The translations under genes were made by a program, and so were the position numbers. A stretch of DNA of 63,280 nucleotides, the filler included, from Octopus bimaculoides (taxonomy: Eukaryota), in the NCBI RefSeq assembly GCF_001194135.2. It is 4 parts of 3 records of this genome, joined end to end, with 100 filler letters (N's around TTAATTAATTAA, not from the genome) between each part and the next. Parts side by side here need not be neighbours in the genome. Positions count along the whole stretch, not along the records: positions 25,790 to 42,954 come from NC_068982.1; positions 43,055 to 61,912 come from NC_068983.1; 2 more parts are not named here. One strand, written 5' to 3'. The notes beneath the pieces are model-generated. The model was not told where the DNA came from. It did not search any database and saw only the letters and a list, made by a program, of their open reading frames with translations. This document shows, piece after piece, positions 39,590 to 52,555 of this stretch. Numbering within the stretch: position 1 is the first letter of the stretch; every line of letters begins with the position of its first letter.

Positions 39590-39796
39590 CAACAACGAGG
39601 TTTTGAGTTCAGTACCAATCTGCGACACATTGGGTAGGTGTCTCTTACTAGTCCCGAGTTGATCAATGCATTGTGAGTGAATTCAGAAATCCGTCATGTA
39701 TATGTATAAGTAGGTGTGGATATCTTTGTGCTTGTGTTTCTCCCTTCACCGCCGTTTGACAACCGTTATTGCTTTGTTTACGTCCCCGTAAGTTAG

Positions 39797-39839
<43 letters not shown>

Positions 39840-39940
39840 TGATTGTAGGTAAAAAGAGCGCTCAGTACCATAGCAGAGATTAATAAAGTATTCTGTTTTA
39901 GTCGAATCAGTCTCCTGGTACTCTAAGTTTCGACTGTATA
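39590..39940 (+). mobile_element. Family C SINE, divergent, interrupted by (TA)n
   Basis: gagttcagtacc...gtttgacaaccg...tttacgtccccgtaagttagcgg. Confidence 0.6.
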
Positions 39941-40021
39941 TGCACAGGATTTTCAACGAAGTCAAAACTTGCCTGAAGACTGTGTACACATGGTGTGTGT
40001 GTGTACTGTATATATACATCT

Positions 40022-40115
40022 CTTTTATCTTTTACTTGTTTCAGAAATTTGACTGTGGCCAATCTGGGGTACAGCCTTGAAGGGTTTTAGTAGAACAAAT
40101 CGACTCCAAGATTTA
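40022..40115 (-). mobile_element. Family C SINE tail piece, left half of a split copy
   Basis: tttacttgtttcag..tgactgtggcc...ttttagtagaacaaatcgactccaagattta. Confidence 0.8.
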
Positions 40116-40667
40116 TAGCAAAGAAGAGCACACATTCACTCTCTGCGCGCGATTAGACTCGGAAAGTTTGTGAGGAACCCGTCGACCCAGTTTGCTGACT
40201 TTTCCGATAGCATGCAGGTGTCGATGAATGCTTGAATGACCAAATCCAAGCTTTTCTGCTATTTCCTCAACAATTACGATGGGATTTTGTTCCACCAGGA
40301 TTTGCACTACGTCTTCGTCGATCTCTAGGGATCTTCCAGGACGAGGTTCATCTTCTAGGCTCGGAATTTCTGGAACCATCGTTGACACTGGCTTATGCTT
40401 ATTGTCCGATCCCAATATACTGCATTAATATCCTTCGCATTTTCCGTTGCGTTGTTGTCTTTATTGAACTCACAAGGCAAAAGATGCTGAATATGCTTTG
40501 TCACTTCCATTACAGCTTTGAAAATACGAACTGCACTCTTCAAAACTTACCCTAACAAGAAGTACCTGATTTTATAGCAAGATGGTGCAGGTAGTTTATC
40601 CCATTCCCCTCCGACTTTTAGTTCATGCAATTGAAAAAAAAACCGCATTATTTATGGGATGACCCAA
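40116..40667 (-). mobile_element. Mariner transposon 5' fragment (TIR + N-terminal HTH region)
   Basis: Translates to CQRWFQKFR / SLEDEPRPGR...VEEIAEKLGFGHSSIHRHLHAIGKVSKLGRRVPHKL. A TIR-like TA-TTGGGTCATCCCATAAATAATGCGG sits at 40643-40669. Confidence 0.88.
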
Positions 40668-40669
40668 TA

Positions 40670-40744
40670 ATTCCTAAGCCTGGTACTTATTTTATTGATC
40701 TCTACAACACTGGCTGTCAAGCGGTGGAAGGGTACAAACACAGA

Positions 40745-40788
<44 letters not shown>

Positions 40789-40965
40789 ACATTTATATAT
40801 ATACGACGGGTTTCTTTCAGTTCCCGTCTAACAAATCCACTCAAAAGGCTTTGGTCGGCCCGACGCTGTAATAGAAGACACTCGCCCAAGGTGCCACACA
40901 GTCGGACTGAACATGGAACCACGAGGTTGGGAAGCAAGCTTCTTACCACACAGCCACGCCAGTGC
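40670..40965 (-). mobile_element. Family C SINE, right half of the split copy
   Basis: taagcctggtacttatt...ctgtcaagcgg...cgacgggtttctttcag...gggaagcaagcttcttaccacacagccac. Confidence 0.85.
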
Positions 40966-41233
40966 ATATATATAAATGAAAGTTGCATATAAAGAGCGAC
41001 AGAATGAGAGACTATAGAAAGACTTGTGTACAAAGATATATAACTAAGTAACACCCATCTAGACATACGTTTATAGATATTTGTACTGAATGCGCTTTTT
41101 CTCCCTTTACACATCTGTCTGTGTGTTATAATAATGAATTCAAACTACGTAGTGATATTATGAAATCGTTTAATATAATAAAATAAAATTTTGGTACCGT
41201 CCGTGCACTGGTCCTTAGCGTAACACAAAATAA

Positions 41234-41272
<39 letters not shown>

Positions 41273-42376
41273 NNNNNNNNNNNNNNNNNNNNNNNNNNNN
41301 NNNNNNNNNNNNNNNNNNNNNNNNNNNNNNNNNNNNNNNNNNNNNNNNNNNNNNNNNNNNNNNNNNNNNNNNNNNNNNNNNNNNNNNNNNNNNNNNNNNN
41401 NNNNNNNNNNNNNNNNNNNNNNNNNNNNNNNNNNNNNNNNNNNNNNNNNNNNNNNNNNNNNNNNNNNNNNNNNNNNNNNNNNNNNNNNNNNNNNNNNNNN
41501 NNNNNNNNNNNNNNNNNNNNNNNNNNNNNNNNNNNNNNNNNNNNNNNNNNNNNNNNNNNNNNNNNNNNNNNNNNNNNNNNNNNNNNNNNNNNNNNNNNNN
41601 NNNNNNNNNNNNNNNNNNNNNNNNNNNNNNNNNNNNNNNNNNNNNNNNNNNNNNNNNNNNNNNNNNNNNNNNNNNNNNNNNNNNNNNNNNNNNNNNNNNN
41701 NNNNNNNNNNNNNNNNNNNNNNNNNNNNNNNNNNNNNNNNNNNNNNNNNNNNNNNNNNNNNNNNNNNNNNNNNNNNNNNNNNNNNNNNNNNNNNNNNNNN
41801 NNNNNNNNNNNNNNNNNNNNNNNATATATATATGAGCATCACCTGAGACCTCAAGCTTCCTTAGCAGAGCCATCTCTGTTGCTAGCATTGGGTGCAAGTT
41901 TGCACTTTCAAAGTCGCTTTTTTACTTCTACCAGTTTTGGGGAACCCGTAAAGGATTATGAACAATACCTTCCATCCTCACAACAAGATTTAAAATAGTT
42001 GATTATGATCAACTAAGCTCTTTCCAGATCCCAGAGAGATGACAAACTTTTGTCCCTCAATAGGATTTGAACACAGAACGTAAAGAGATGTAACTGAAGA
42101 CCTTTAAGTATTTTTATGCTGTTCACCCTGCAAATTGCTTTATTTGTAGAATTCAAATTTGAAATAAGATTTTATTCGCTTTTGATAAATTTTATTTAAG
42201 GCGTTCTTATATTTTGCGTTTAGCATTCTCCCTTACCTCTCTAATGCCATTTGCCCATTAACATTTCAAAACCTTAACTCTCCCATCATTATGATGATGT
42301 GATGTTGATGACCTTAACGCGCGTTGCATATGACGTTGAAGGATCGTGCGAACAATGACTAATAAAAATCATCATT

Positions 42377-42865
42377 CTTTTATTCTTTTACTTGTTTCAG
42401 CCATTTGAGTGCGGCCGTGCTGGAGCACCGTCTTTAGTCGAACAAATCGACCGCAAGACTTATTCTTTGTAAGACTAGTACTTATTCTATCGGTTTCTTT
42501 TGCCGAACCGCTAAGTTGCAGGTATGTTAACATACCAACATCGGTTGTCAAGCGATGGTGAGGAGCCAAATACAAAGACACACATACATATATATACACA
42601 CACTCATAACGGGCTTCTTTCAGATTCCGTCTACCAAATCCATTCACAAAGCTTTGGTCGGCCCGAGGCTATAAAAGAAGACACTTGCCGAAGGTGCCAC
42701 GCAGTGGGACTGAACCCAGAACCANNNNNNNNNNCACAAAGCTTTGGTCAGCCCGAGGCTATAAAAGAAGACACTTGCCGAAGGTGCCACGCAGTGGGAC
42801 TGAACCCAGAACCATGTGGTTTGGGAAACAAGCTCCTTATCACACAACCGCTCCTGCGCCCATAT
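42377..42865 (-). mobile_element. Family C SINE, young, CpG-intact
   Basis: Full tail-to-head match. An internal duplication around a 10-N gap is probably an assembly artefact. Confidence 0.9.
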
Positions 42866-42878
42866 ATGTCGTATGTAA

Positions 42879-42954
<76 letters not shown>

Positions 42955-43054
42955 NNNNNNNNNNNNNNNNNNNNNNNNNNNNNNNNNNNNNNNNNNNNTT
43001 AATTAATTAANNNNNNNNNNNNNNNNNNNNNNNNNNNNNNNNNNNNNNNNNNNN
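42955..43054. other. Artificial 100-bp assembly spacer
   Basis: 44 N + TTAATTAATTAA + 44 N. Confidence 0.95.
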
Positions 43055-43128
<74 letters not shown>

Positions 43129-43139
43129 CGCGTGTGTAT

Positions 43140-43390
43140 ATATAAGTATATATATCTGTGTGTGTGTGCGCGTGCGTGTGTCTTTGTGGGTCCCCTACCA
43201 CTGCTTGACAACCAGCGTTACGTCCTTGTAACTTAGCTGTTCAACAAAAGAGACCGATAGAATAAATACTAGGCTTTAAAAAAAGCGGATACTAGAGTCG
43301 ATTTATTCAACTAAAATTCTTGAAGGCGGTGCCCCAGCATGGCCGAGGTCCATGAAACAAGTGAAAGAATAAAGTAAAAGAATAAAGAAC
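43140..43390 (+). mobile_element. Family C SINE, 3' half
   Basis: gcttgacaaccagcg...gagaccgatagaataaatactagg...gcggtgccccagcatggccg. Confidence 0.8.
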
Positions 43391-43719
43391 AAAAAAATCT
43401 GTGAACTTGGCTGTTCTTTGCGGTGAAGAATCATTTCTTTCGCTTCAACTCTATTCGCTTTGCTTCCTCACAATCTTTTGCAACATGTCTTGGACAGCAA
43501 AAAGGCGTCCGTCAAATTTGAAAACTTTAACAAACAGAGTTAGCAGATGGGAGCCACCACCAAACCCTCGAAATTGATTTTTAAAAAAACAAATCTCTAA
43601 TTTTTACTTAAATAAACAACCAGGATACGGGAAAACGTAATGACAGCATTTTAAGACCGACTTAAGAGAACAGGGACCGTCGTATGTGTGTATGTGTATA
43701 TGTATATGTTCATATATGC

Positions 43720-43892
43720 ATATATACGATGGGCTTCTTTCAGTTTCCGACTACCAAATCCATTCACAAGGCTTTGGTTGGACTAAGGTTATAGTAAAAG
43801 ACACGTGCCTAAGATGCCACGCAGTGGAACTGAACCCAGAACCATGAGGTTGGGAAGCAAGCTTCTTACCACACAGTCATGCCTGCGCCTAT
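43720..43892 (-). mobile_element. Family C SINE, 5' half
   Basis: gggcttctttcagtttccg...gcagtggaactgaacccagaacc...cttcttaccacacagtcatgcctgcgcc. Confidence 0.85.
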
Positions 43893-44364
43893 GATATATA
43901 AAGAAAAACTTTTCCGAAAATCTCTTTATCCTCGTCACTCCCTTGTTTGTGGAGGGTGTATAAGTCATCTGTTCTATAAACTGAATTTTGAAGTATATTC
44001 ACAGGAGAAAACAGTCCAGAATTTTAACAGCGATAATACGAGGACATGTATGGATTTCGTAAATGTACGTAACGCACGAGTAACAGAAGTAAAATGATTG
44101 AGAAACTGAAAACATTTGGAGAGATTTAGAATGTGAAATCAGAGAATTAAAACAGAACCACCCATACCACTCTTTAGGAATGAAGGAATCCTATAACACA
44201 GGAATGAAGGAAAACATTTGAAAAAAACAGAACAAAAAAAAAACCGTTAATATTGTTACAAAGTCTTTGGTTGTTGAAGATAGATTTTTGTCATTTTATA
44301 GCAAACGATTAACTTATGATCCTTCGTTATTTTTCTGTTCGTATCAAGGATTAAATCTTACACG

Positions 44365-44570
44365 GTGGGCTGGCAGAGTCTTTAGCTGGCCGGAGAAAAT
44401 GCTTAACGGCGGAATTTTGTCCATCTTTATGTTGAGTTCAAATTCCGCCGAGATCGATTTTGTCTTTCATTCTTTTAGGGTCGATAAAATAAGTACCAGT
44501 TACGCATTGGGATCGATGTAATCGATTTTCTCCCTCTCTCGAAACTGTCGGTTTTGTGTCAAAATTTGAA
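44365..44570 (+). mobile_element. Family B SINE
   Basis: gctggcagagtc...gagttcaaattccgccgagatcg...ttagggtcgataaaataagtaccag. Confidence 0.85.
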
Positions 44571-44634
44571 ATTTTCCCGCCAAAACTAATGCCGCATAGC
44601 CAAATTGCTTTGGCTGAAAGGCAAAAATCAACCA

Positions 44635-44970
44635 TGGCGAAATTCGAACCCAGAACATAAAAATCGGACAAAATACCACTAAGCATTTCGTTCGGCAACG
44701 ATTCTGCCAGTTCACCGTCTCGAACCCAGAATGTCAAAACGGATGAAATGCCAGTAAGCATTTAGTCCGGCATGTCAATGAATCTGTCAACTCGCTATTT
44801 ATATTAGCAATACAATAATACTTTCTACTCTACGCACAACGCTTGAAATTTGAGGGAAAGAGATGAGTCGACCTGGGCAGAAATTGAACTCAGAACATAG
44901 CGCCAGACGAATATCGCTAAGCATTTCAGCTGTCGTGCTAACAATTCTGCCGGCTCACCGCCTTATTGGC
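44635..44970 (-). mobile_element. Stack of three family B SINE head fragments
   Basis: Repeated (tc)gaacccagaa...ctaagcatt...ttctgccag at about 44640, 44718 and 44880. Confidence 0.65.
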
Positions 44971-45280
44971 AATACAATAATAACAAGCATATTTGCCATT
45001 GGGACCGAAATAATGTTTGCGACACCTGTAGCGGAGGAACGGGTTTTTACTATGCTTTCACTGCATTCTACAACTGTAAAACACTGCCAACTGTTACTGG
45101 AACAATAAGCTGTGTGTTTATATGTTTTTAATATGGTTTGGCATAGAACAACGATAGCAGAAGATCTTTAATGGCCTCACGAAAGAGTTATGTTTGGTAA
45201 AGGCACCAAGTTCAAAGCAACGGTTTGAGCAATTGATCTTGTTCAAAGCAGCAGAGTGTGGAAAAGAGAATATCTATTTG

Positions 45281-45311
<31 letters not shown>

Positions 45312-45452
45312 CATGGATATGTGTACCTGCATGTGTGTGAGAGTGTGTGTAAGTGAGGGTGTGACTGTAACAGACGGTATGTGTCTTTTGTGTTTATATA
45401 ATGCATAAGTGTCGTATGTGTGTGTGTGTGTGTGTGTGCGTGTGTGTATATA

Positions 45453-45495
<43 letters not shown>

Positions 45496-46189
45496 NNNNN
45501 NNNNNNNNNNNNNNNNNNNNNNNNNNNNNNNNNNNNNNNNNNNNNNNNNNNNNNNNNNNNNNNNNNNNNNNNNNNNNNNNNNNNNNNNNNNNNNNNNNNN
45601 NNNNNNNNNNNNNNNNNNNNNNNNNNNNNNNNNNNNNNNNNNNNNNNNNNNNNNNNNNNNNNNNNNNNNNNNNNNNNNNNNNNNNNNNNNNNNNNNNNNN
45701 NNNNNNNNNNNNNNNNNNNNNNNNNNNNNNNNNNNNNNNNNNNNNNNNNNNNNNNNNNNNNNNNNNNNNNNNNNNNNNNNNNNNNNNNNNNNNNNNNNNN
45801 NNNNNNNNNNNNNNNNNNNNNNNNNNNNNNNNNNNNNNNNNNNNNNNNNNNNNNNNNNNNNNNNNNNNNNNNNNNNNNNNNNNNNNNNNNNNNNNNNNNN
45901 NNNNNNNNNNNNNNNNNNNNNNNNNNNNNNNNNNNNNNNNNNNNNNNNNNNNNNNNNNNNNNNNNNNNNNNNNNNNNNNNNNNNNNNNNNNNNNNNNNNN
46001 NNNNNNNNNNNNNNNNNNNNNNNNTATATGAGTTGGTCTGTTGGTGTAAGTTCAGCATGTATGCGCGCGCGCATGTGTGTGAACGTGCGTGTGTATTATG
46101 TGTGTATCTACAGAGGTTAAATGACTTCAGTTAGCGTTATCTGATGAATTTCCTCCTCAACTTCACTTTAGAAAGATAAAAATATAATT

Positions 46190-46510
46190 TCTGATTGCCG
46201 GAAATAAAAGCATATCGTTTCCGGTCAGCATTCGAAACAATTTATCAGATCTTCTGCTCCCCAAATTGAAGGGAAATTTATTCTTCTCCCTCATGGTCGT
46301 GGATGCCAACGTGTGAAAAGTGTTTTGTATTTCCGGTGCAAAGAATCCGACGATCGCGATAAATGCCTGCACTCTAGGCGTAACAGTCAGGAACTGACAT
46401 GGCCTAGCACCGCGAAAATATTTGCGCATGCGCATGAAAGGTGGCGTCACCTCTCAACCACAGGATTTTCCCCACAAAGCATTAGTTTTGGCGGGAAAAA
46501 ATAAAGTCGG
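46190..46510. promoter_or_regulatory. Candidate housekeeping/cell-cycle-type promoter
   Basis: Non-repetitive CpG-rich patch. It has a perfect NRF1 palindrome TGCGCATGCGCA (46423-46434), an E2F site TTTGGCGGGAAA (46487-46498), three ETS-like CCGGAAA sites (46198, 46218, 46329) and a CRE half-site. Confidence 0.5.
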
Positions 46511-47981
46511 ATACTTTTTGAACTCGCCTCGTACATATATGCATATATATTTATAGATACATACATGCACATACGTACGTACATACATACATACATACAT
46601 ACATACATAAGTGACAAAGTAGATACCCTCGTAACAATCTGGTTAAACTATGGTTTTCCGAAACAGAAGTCAATCAACTGACTCAAACATTACAAATACA
46701 ATCCATAAATGGAACAGTAAAAATGTATAAAGCTTTTCTCAAGTTTAAAACGTGATATTGCTTTTGTTATCTACATTCTAACGATGGTGTTTTGTATCTT
46801 TGATAGAGACAAGTTCCTTCCTCAGACGAAGAATTTAAATAACTCAAAACGTGTGTTTGTGTNNNNNNNNNNNNNNNNNNNNNNNNNNNNNNNNNNNNNN
46901 NNNNNNNNNNNNNNNNNNNNNNNNNNNNNNNNNNNNNNNNNNNNNNNNNNNNNNNNNNNNNNNNNNNNNNNNNNNNNNNNNNNNNNNNNNNNNNNNNNNN
47001 NNNNNNNNNNNNNNNNNNNNNNNNNNNNNNNNNNNNNNNNNNNNNNNNNNNNNNNNNNNNNNNNNNNNNNNNNNNNNNNNNNNNNNNNNNNNNNNNNNNN
47101 NNNNNNNNNNNNNNNNNNNNNNNNNNNNNNNNNNNNNNNNNNNNNNNNNNNNNNNNNNNNNNNNNNNNNNNNNNNNNNNNNNNNNNNNNNNNNNNNNNNN
47201 NNNNNNNNNNNNNNNNNNNNNNNNNNNNNNNNNNNNNNNNNNNNNNNNNNNNNNNNNNNNNNNNNNNNNNNNNNNNNNNNNNNNNNNNNNNNNNNNNNNN
47301 NNNNNNNNNNNNNNNNNNNNNNNNNNNNNNNNNNNNNNNNNNNNNNNNNNNNNNNNNNNNNNNNNNNNNNNNNNNNNNNNATATATATATATATATATAT
47401 ATATACGTATGTATGCATATTTATTTATGTATACAAGTATTCATATCTACATATACACGTACATAAATACACATTCACGCACGCACACATACATACACAC
47501 ATGCACGAGAACACACACACGCACACACACACACACACACACATATGCGCACACATATACACACAGACGTGAAGGCAAATTATAACGACGGCGGGTTAGA
47601 GAGAGAAAGAGAGAGTTGTAGTGAGAGAGACAGAGAAAAAGAGAGTTGTGATAATGTTGGTGAAAAGGTGCGAAACGTTGCGATAGTGACGTAATATGGT
47701 GAATGATGCTCGGTGGCCAAGAATTCAAAGAATTTGTTTTGGTACACATGAGTAGGTTTATTCGAGGAGACTTGGTGGTTGCAAGTTGAAAAGTTAACTT
47801 AAGCCAAGAATTAACAACACACGTTCCATCAGTTTGGCGTTGTTCATGACTTCCTGTTTGAAAGAAAGAAAGAAAAAAAAAACGCCATACATACGTACAT
47901 ACATACAAGCTTACATACATACATACATATACATACATACATACATACGTACGTACGTACGTACGTACATACATATACATG

Positions 47982-48031
<50 letters not shown>

Positions 48032-48344
48032 TGATGATGATGATGATGATGATAATAATAATATTAATAATAATAATAAGAATAATAATAAGAAGAAGAA
48101 GAAGAAAAAGAAGAATGCAAAAAGGTGTGTGTGTATGTGTTTTTGCGATTACTTATACATACATACATACCTACATACATACATACATATATACATCCAC
48201 ACACACATGCATACATTCACACACACACGCACACACACATTCACACACGTACATACACATTCACAACGCACACACATACATACATACATTCACACACACA
48301 CACACACACATTCACACACGTACACACACGCATACACACACAAT

Positions 48345-48540
48345 TTCGTTTTTGCTTCAAATCTTTAGCATCGCGGACAAAATGCTTCTCAGCATTTCCT
48401 CCGACATTACACGTTCGGAGTTCAAATTCTGTCGAGGTGGACTTTGCCAAGTACCAATCGAATACTGGGGGTCATTGTAATTAACAAGCCTCATCCCACC
48501 AAATTCCAGGTCTTGTGCCTATAACACAAAAGACTATCAT
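48345..48540 (+). mobile_element. Family B SINE, degenerate
   Basis: ttagcatcgcggacaaaatgctt...gagttcaaattctgtcgaggtggactttgcc. Confidence 0.75.
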
Positions 48541-48608
48541 TGCAGTTAAAGGTGCTGCTGCTACTACTGCTGCTGCTGTTGGCTGTTTTTACTAATAGCA
48601 GCATCAAC

Positions 48609-48650
<42 letters not shown>

Positions 48651-49569
48651 TGTTGTTGTTGTTATTCTTTTTTTAATTTATTTCTTCACTTACGTAAAAA
48701 AAGAAGATAAATAAAAAATAATAAAATAAAATAAAATAAAAAAGTAAGATTAAAGAATATACCAAACTGGGATTATTCGCAAGAAAGAATTGGATTCCGT
48801 TGTTCTTGATATTCTCAATCGTCTTTTGAAACTTGTAGTTCTCCATTCTTCATTGTGGTTGGAAATATTTCTTTGAAATCTTCATTTTTTCTTCATTTTC
48901 CTTTTATTTTTTCTTATTTATTTAAACCTTAACCGATATTACTTCCTTTCAGGCCAATTGTTCAAAGAATGATAAGTCGCTTTCGGTTTAAGTATCTTTT
49001 GCCAGAAATAAAATGCTAAACACACACTCCGAAATAGAAAACAGCATTACACGTAACTTACATTCATTATGCACACAACATTTCTGCCCTTCCGGGCGGT
49101 TTTCTGCAAGTCATTGAATATTTACACATTTCATGTGCCACGTTTAATTTCTCTTCGTATAATTTATTCCTCTAACAATACTCACTCGCTTATTAACTAT
49201 TTCTTTTATTCTTTTAACTCTGTCTTAATCTCGCTTTTAAACAAACTCAAAGCTAGTCACTCCATCCTCTACGTGGTCGCTTATTATGCTAGAAATAGTA
49301 AGCATCCCGAGGGTATATTCTAAGGCATAGGTTCTCAAAGAGAGCACTACCATCCCTCGGTGGGCATTGAGAGGGTCCAGGATTGAATTTGTAATGCATG
49401 AGTTGGTTGGTTGATTTCTTTTTCTGTAAAACCTTAGCTAAACCATATTGTAACTTAGACATTTACTCACAAAACCAAGCGCACCAAGTATTACTGGTAT
49501 CAATGTAAATTTATAAACTGGATATAGAAGCTGGAGGCTTCGATGCAGTTGTCCATAGCTATCTTATGC

Positions 49570-49573
49570 ATTC

Positions 49574-49604
<31 letters not shown>

Positions 49605-49910
49605 TGTATGGATGGATGGATGGATGGATGTATGGATGGATGGATGGATGTATGCATGTGTATGTATGTGTGTGTGTACGTATGTATATGTATGTTTGTA
49701 TGTATGTATTCATGTATGTATGTATGTATGCATTCATGCATACATATGTATGCATGCATGTATGTATGCATGAATGCATGTATATATATGTATACATGCA
49801 TGTACGTATGTATGCATGTATGTATGTTTGCATGTATATGTGTATGTATGTATGCATGTATGTATGTATACATGCATGCATTATTTCTGTATGTATGTAT
49901 GTATGTATGT
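49570..49910. repeat. (ATGT)n/(ATGG)n/(ATGC)n degenerate tetranucleotide tract
   Basis: Seen directly in the sequence. Confidence 0.9.
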
Positions 49911-50499
49911 ATATGAGAGGTGTGTATTTCAAAGAGATGAGCCAATTATTTCTAGTATTTGTTCATTTATCCACACAGGAACGCCTTTAATGTTTAGTGG
50001 TTCAATATTTCTTCTAGTTTCCATAGTTTTCCTAGAGTCCTGGTGACACCCACTGCAGAATTCATCAAACTATACAACCCTAACCCTACATATATTCATT
50101 CTCTCATCCATTCTATTACATTCTAAACTACACTCCATATCTTCATTGTTTCGTAAAATTTGCCTGAAAAATTCAATTCATTTTCCTCGTATATTTTATA
50201 ATGGCCGCTTCCGGTTTATGTTAGCTCTGCCTTTCGTTTGTGTTCAGACCATAGCAAACATCCTCGTTGGCTGTTCCTGTATTCATGTAGCGGATGATTA
50301 AATCGACATCAAATGATGTAGTTTACTTCAGCACACTTCCCATATTTACATCTCACTACTTTCCAGCGTTTATTCTCAGCCAACCTTTTATTCTTGGATT
50401 TTATTTATGCATTTTTATGGTTTTCGTTTTTGCTTTCGTTTTCGTACTTGATTGGTGAGGTGAGAAGCATTTCCATACACCACTAACACATGCACACAC

Positions 50500-50678
50500 G
50501 TCAGAGTGTGTGTTTAAGTAGCTTGCTTACCAGCCACATGGTTCCGGGTTCAGTCCCACTGCGTGGTACCTTGGCAAGTGTCTTCTACTATAGCCTCGAG
50601 CCGACCAAAGCCTTGGGAGTGGGTTTGGTAAACGGAAACTCAAAGAAGTCCATCGTACACACACACACACACACACAC

Positions 50679-50713
<35 letters not shown>

Positions 50714-50910
50714 TGTGTTTGTGTGCCTGAGTTTGTCCCCCCAACATCGTTTGACAACCGATGCTGGTATGTTCACGTCCCCGTACCCTAGCGGTTCGGC
50801 AAAAAGAGCACGATAGAATAGGTACTAGGCTTACAAAGAATAAGTCCTGGGGTCGATTTGCCAAAGACAGTGCTCCAGCATGGTCAAATGAATGAAACAA
50901 AGAAAGAAGT
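50500..50910 (+). mobile_element. Family C SINE, full length, CpG-intact
   Basis: gttccgggttcagtcccactgcgtgg...ctcgagccgacc...gcggttcggcaaaaagagcacgatagaat. Confidence 0.9.
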
Positions 50911-50941
50911 AAGATATATATATATATATATTTATATATAT

Positions 50942-50992
<51 letters not shown>

Positions 50993-51496
50993 TNNNNNNN
51001 NNNNNNNNNNNNNNNNNNNNNNNNNNNNNNNNNNNNNNNNNNNNNNNNNNNNNNNNNNNNNNNNNNNNNNNNNNNNNNNNNNNNNNNNNNNNNNNNNNNN
51101 NNNNNNNNNNNNNNNNNNNNNNNNNNNNNNNNNNNNNNNNNNNNNNNNNNNNNNNNNNNNNNNNNNNNNNNNNNNNNNNNNNNNNNNNNNNNNNNNNNNN
51201 NNNNNNNNNNNNNNNNNNNNNNNNNNNNNNNNNNNNNNNNNNNNNNNNNNNNNNNNNNNNNNNNNNNNNNNNNNNNNNNNNNNNNNNNNNNNNNNNNNNN
51301 NNNNNNNNNNNNNNNNNNNNNNNNNNNNNNNNNNNNNNNNNNNNNNNNNNNNNNNNNNNNNNNNNNNNNNNNNNNNNNNNNNNNNTATGCATATGTATAC
51401 ACATATGTATATATATATACATTCATATATATACATATATATTTGTCTATGTGTATATACATGCATATATATATATGCACACATATATAAATATAT

Positions 51497-51551
<55 letters not shown>

Positions 51552-52087
51552 TATATATATATAATCGCGCTTATTTCTGTCCCATGTTCTTTTTCTGTAC
51601 AGAATTTGGCTCGCTTTGTTCTTTGTTCTGTAAGTCCTCTTTTGTGTTTGTCTGTGCAATAAATATTAATATTTATTACCCTTAATATTATGCAGACACT
51701 TTCCACTTCCGGCAAACCCTCAGGAACTGAAGTTCCTCCTTTGAATGAAAGTAGTGGAGTGAAGAGACCGGTGTTGCCCTCCAGTAAATTTACCGAAAAG
51801 CAGTTGGGAGTCTCGAGTACTGCTTGAGTGCAAAGACCTTGTCTTGGTATGCGTCTGTGACCTGGTGGAAATAGTTAGGTGTGGCATTTGCCCTTGTAGT
51901 AAAGGTAATCCAGGGTCTGTACGACTTCCTGTCTAAATTCAGGTGTCTGTCTATTGTTTAGGCGTTGCGTTAATTCTGTTTTTATGTTGATCTTTTTCTC
52001 GCTTGATTTTTTTTTCCGCATTCGAATCTCCGTAAACCGCCAAAGCATTTATATATCTTATAAAAAAAAAAACTTAACGGAATGATA

Positions 52088-52555
52088 TTTCGTAAGGCGC
52101 TGTACTGGCAGAATCGTTAGACTCAATTCCTTACGGTATTTCTTCCGGCTCTTTACGTTCTGAGTTCAAATCCAGTCGGGAATAGCTTCGTATTTCACCA
52201 TTCTGGAATCAATAAAATCAACTACTGGGGCCATGATCTTGTCTTAATCCGTCCCATTAAAATTGCTGGCGTTGTGACTCATTGATAAACCATTATTATT
52301 ATTAAGAAATTGATACTGGCATAATCAATATTGTATTTATGGAAAGAAAGCAGAATCGTTGGTGCGTCGAACAAAACGCTTAGCTTTCTTCCGGCTTTAC
52401 CTTCTGAGTTTAAATTCTGCCGAGGTCGACTTAGCCTTTCATCTTTTGAGAATCGATAAAAGGAGTACCAGTTGAGTACTCGAGCCGATGTAATTGACTG
52501 GCCCCTCTCCACAAAAGTTTCGAGCCTTGGACCTATAGTAGAAAGAATTACTATT
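52088..52555 (+). mobile_element. Two family B SINE copies in tandem (about 52088-52290 and 52340-52555)
   Basis: Two gagtt(c/t)aaatt B-boxes, each followed by the core, with an ATT-rich linker between them. Confidence 0.75.

Noticed and set aside
42647-42815. Direct ~75-bp duplication inside a SINE
   Set aside because: The copies flank a 10-N gap, which is typical of an unmerged contig overlap.
51870-52050. 57-codon minus-strand ORF (...TPEFRQEVVQTLDYLYYKGKCHT)
   Set aside because: Short, with no recognised domain or splice support.
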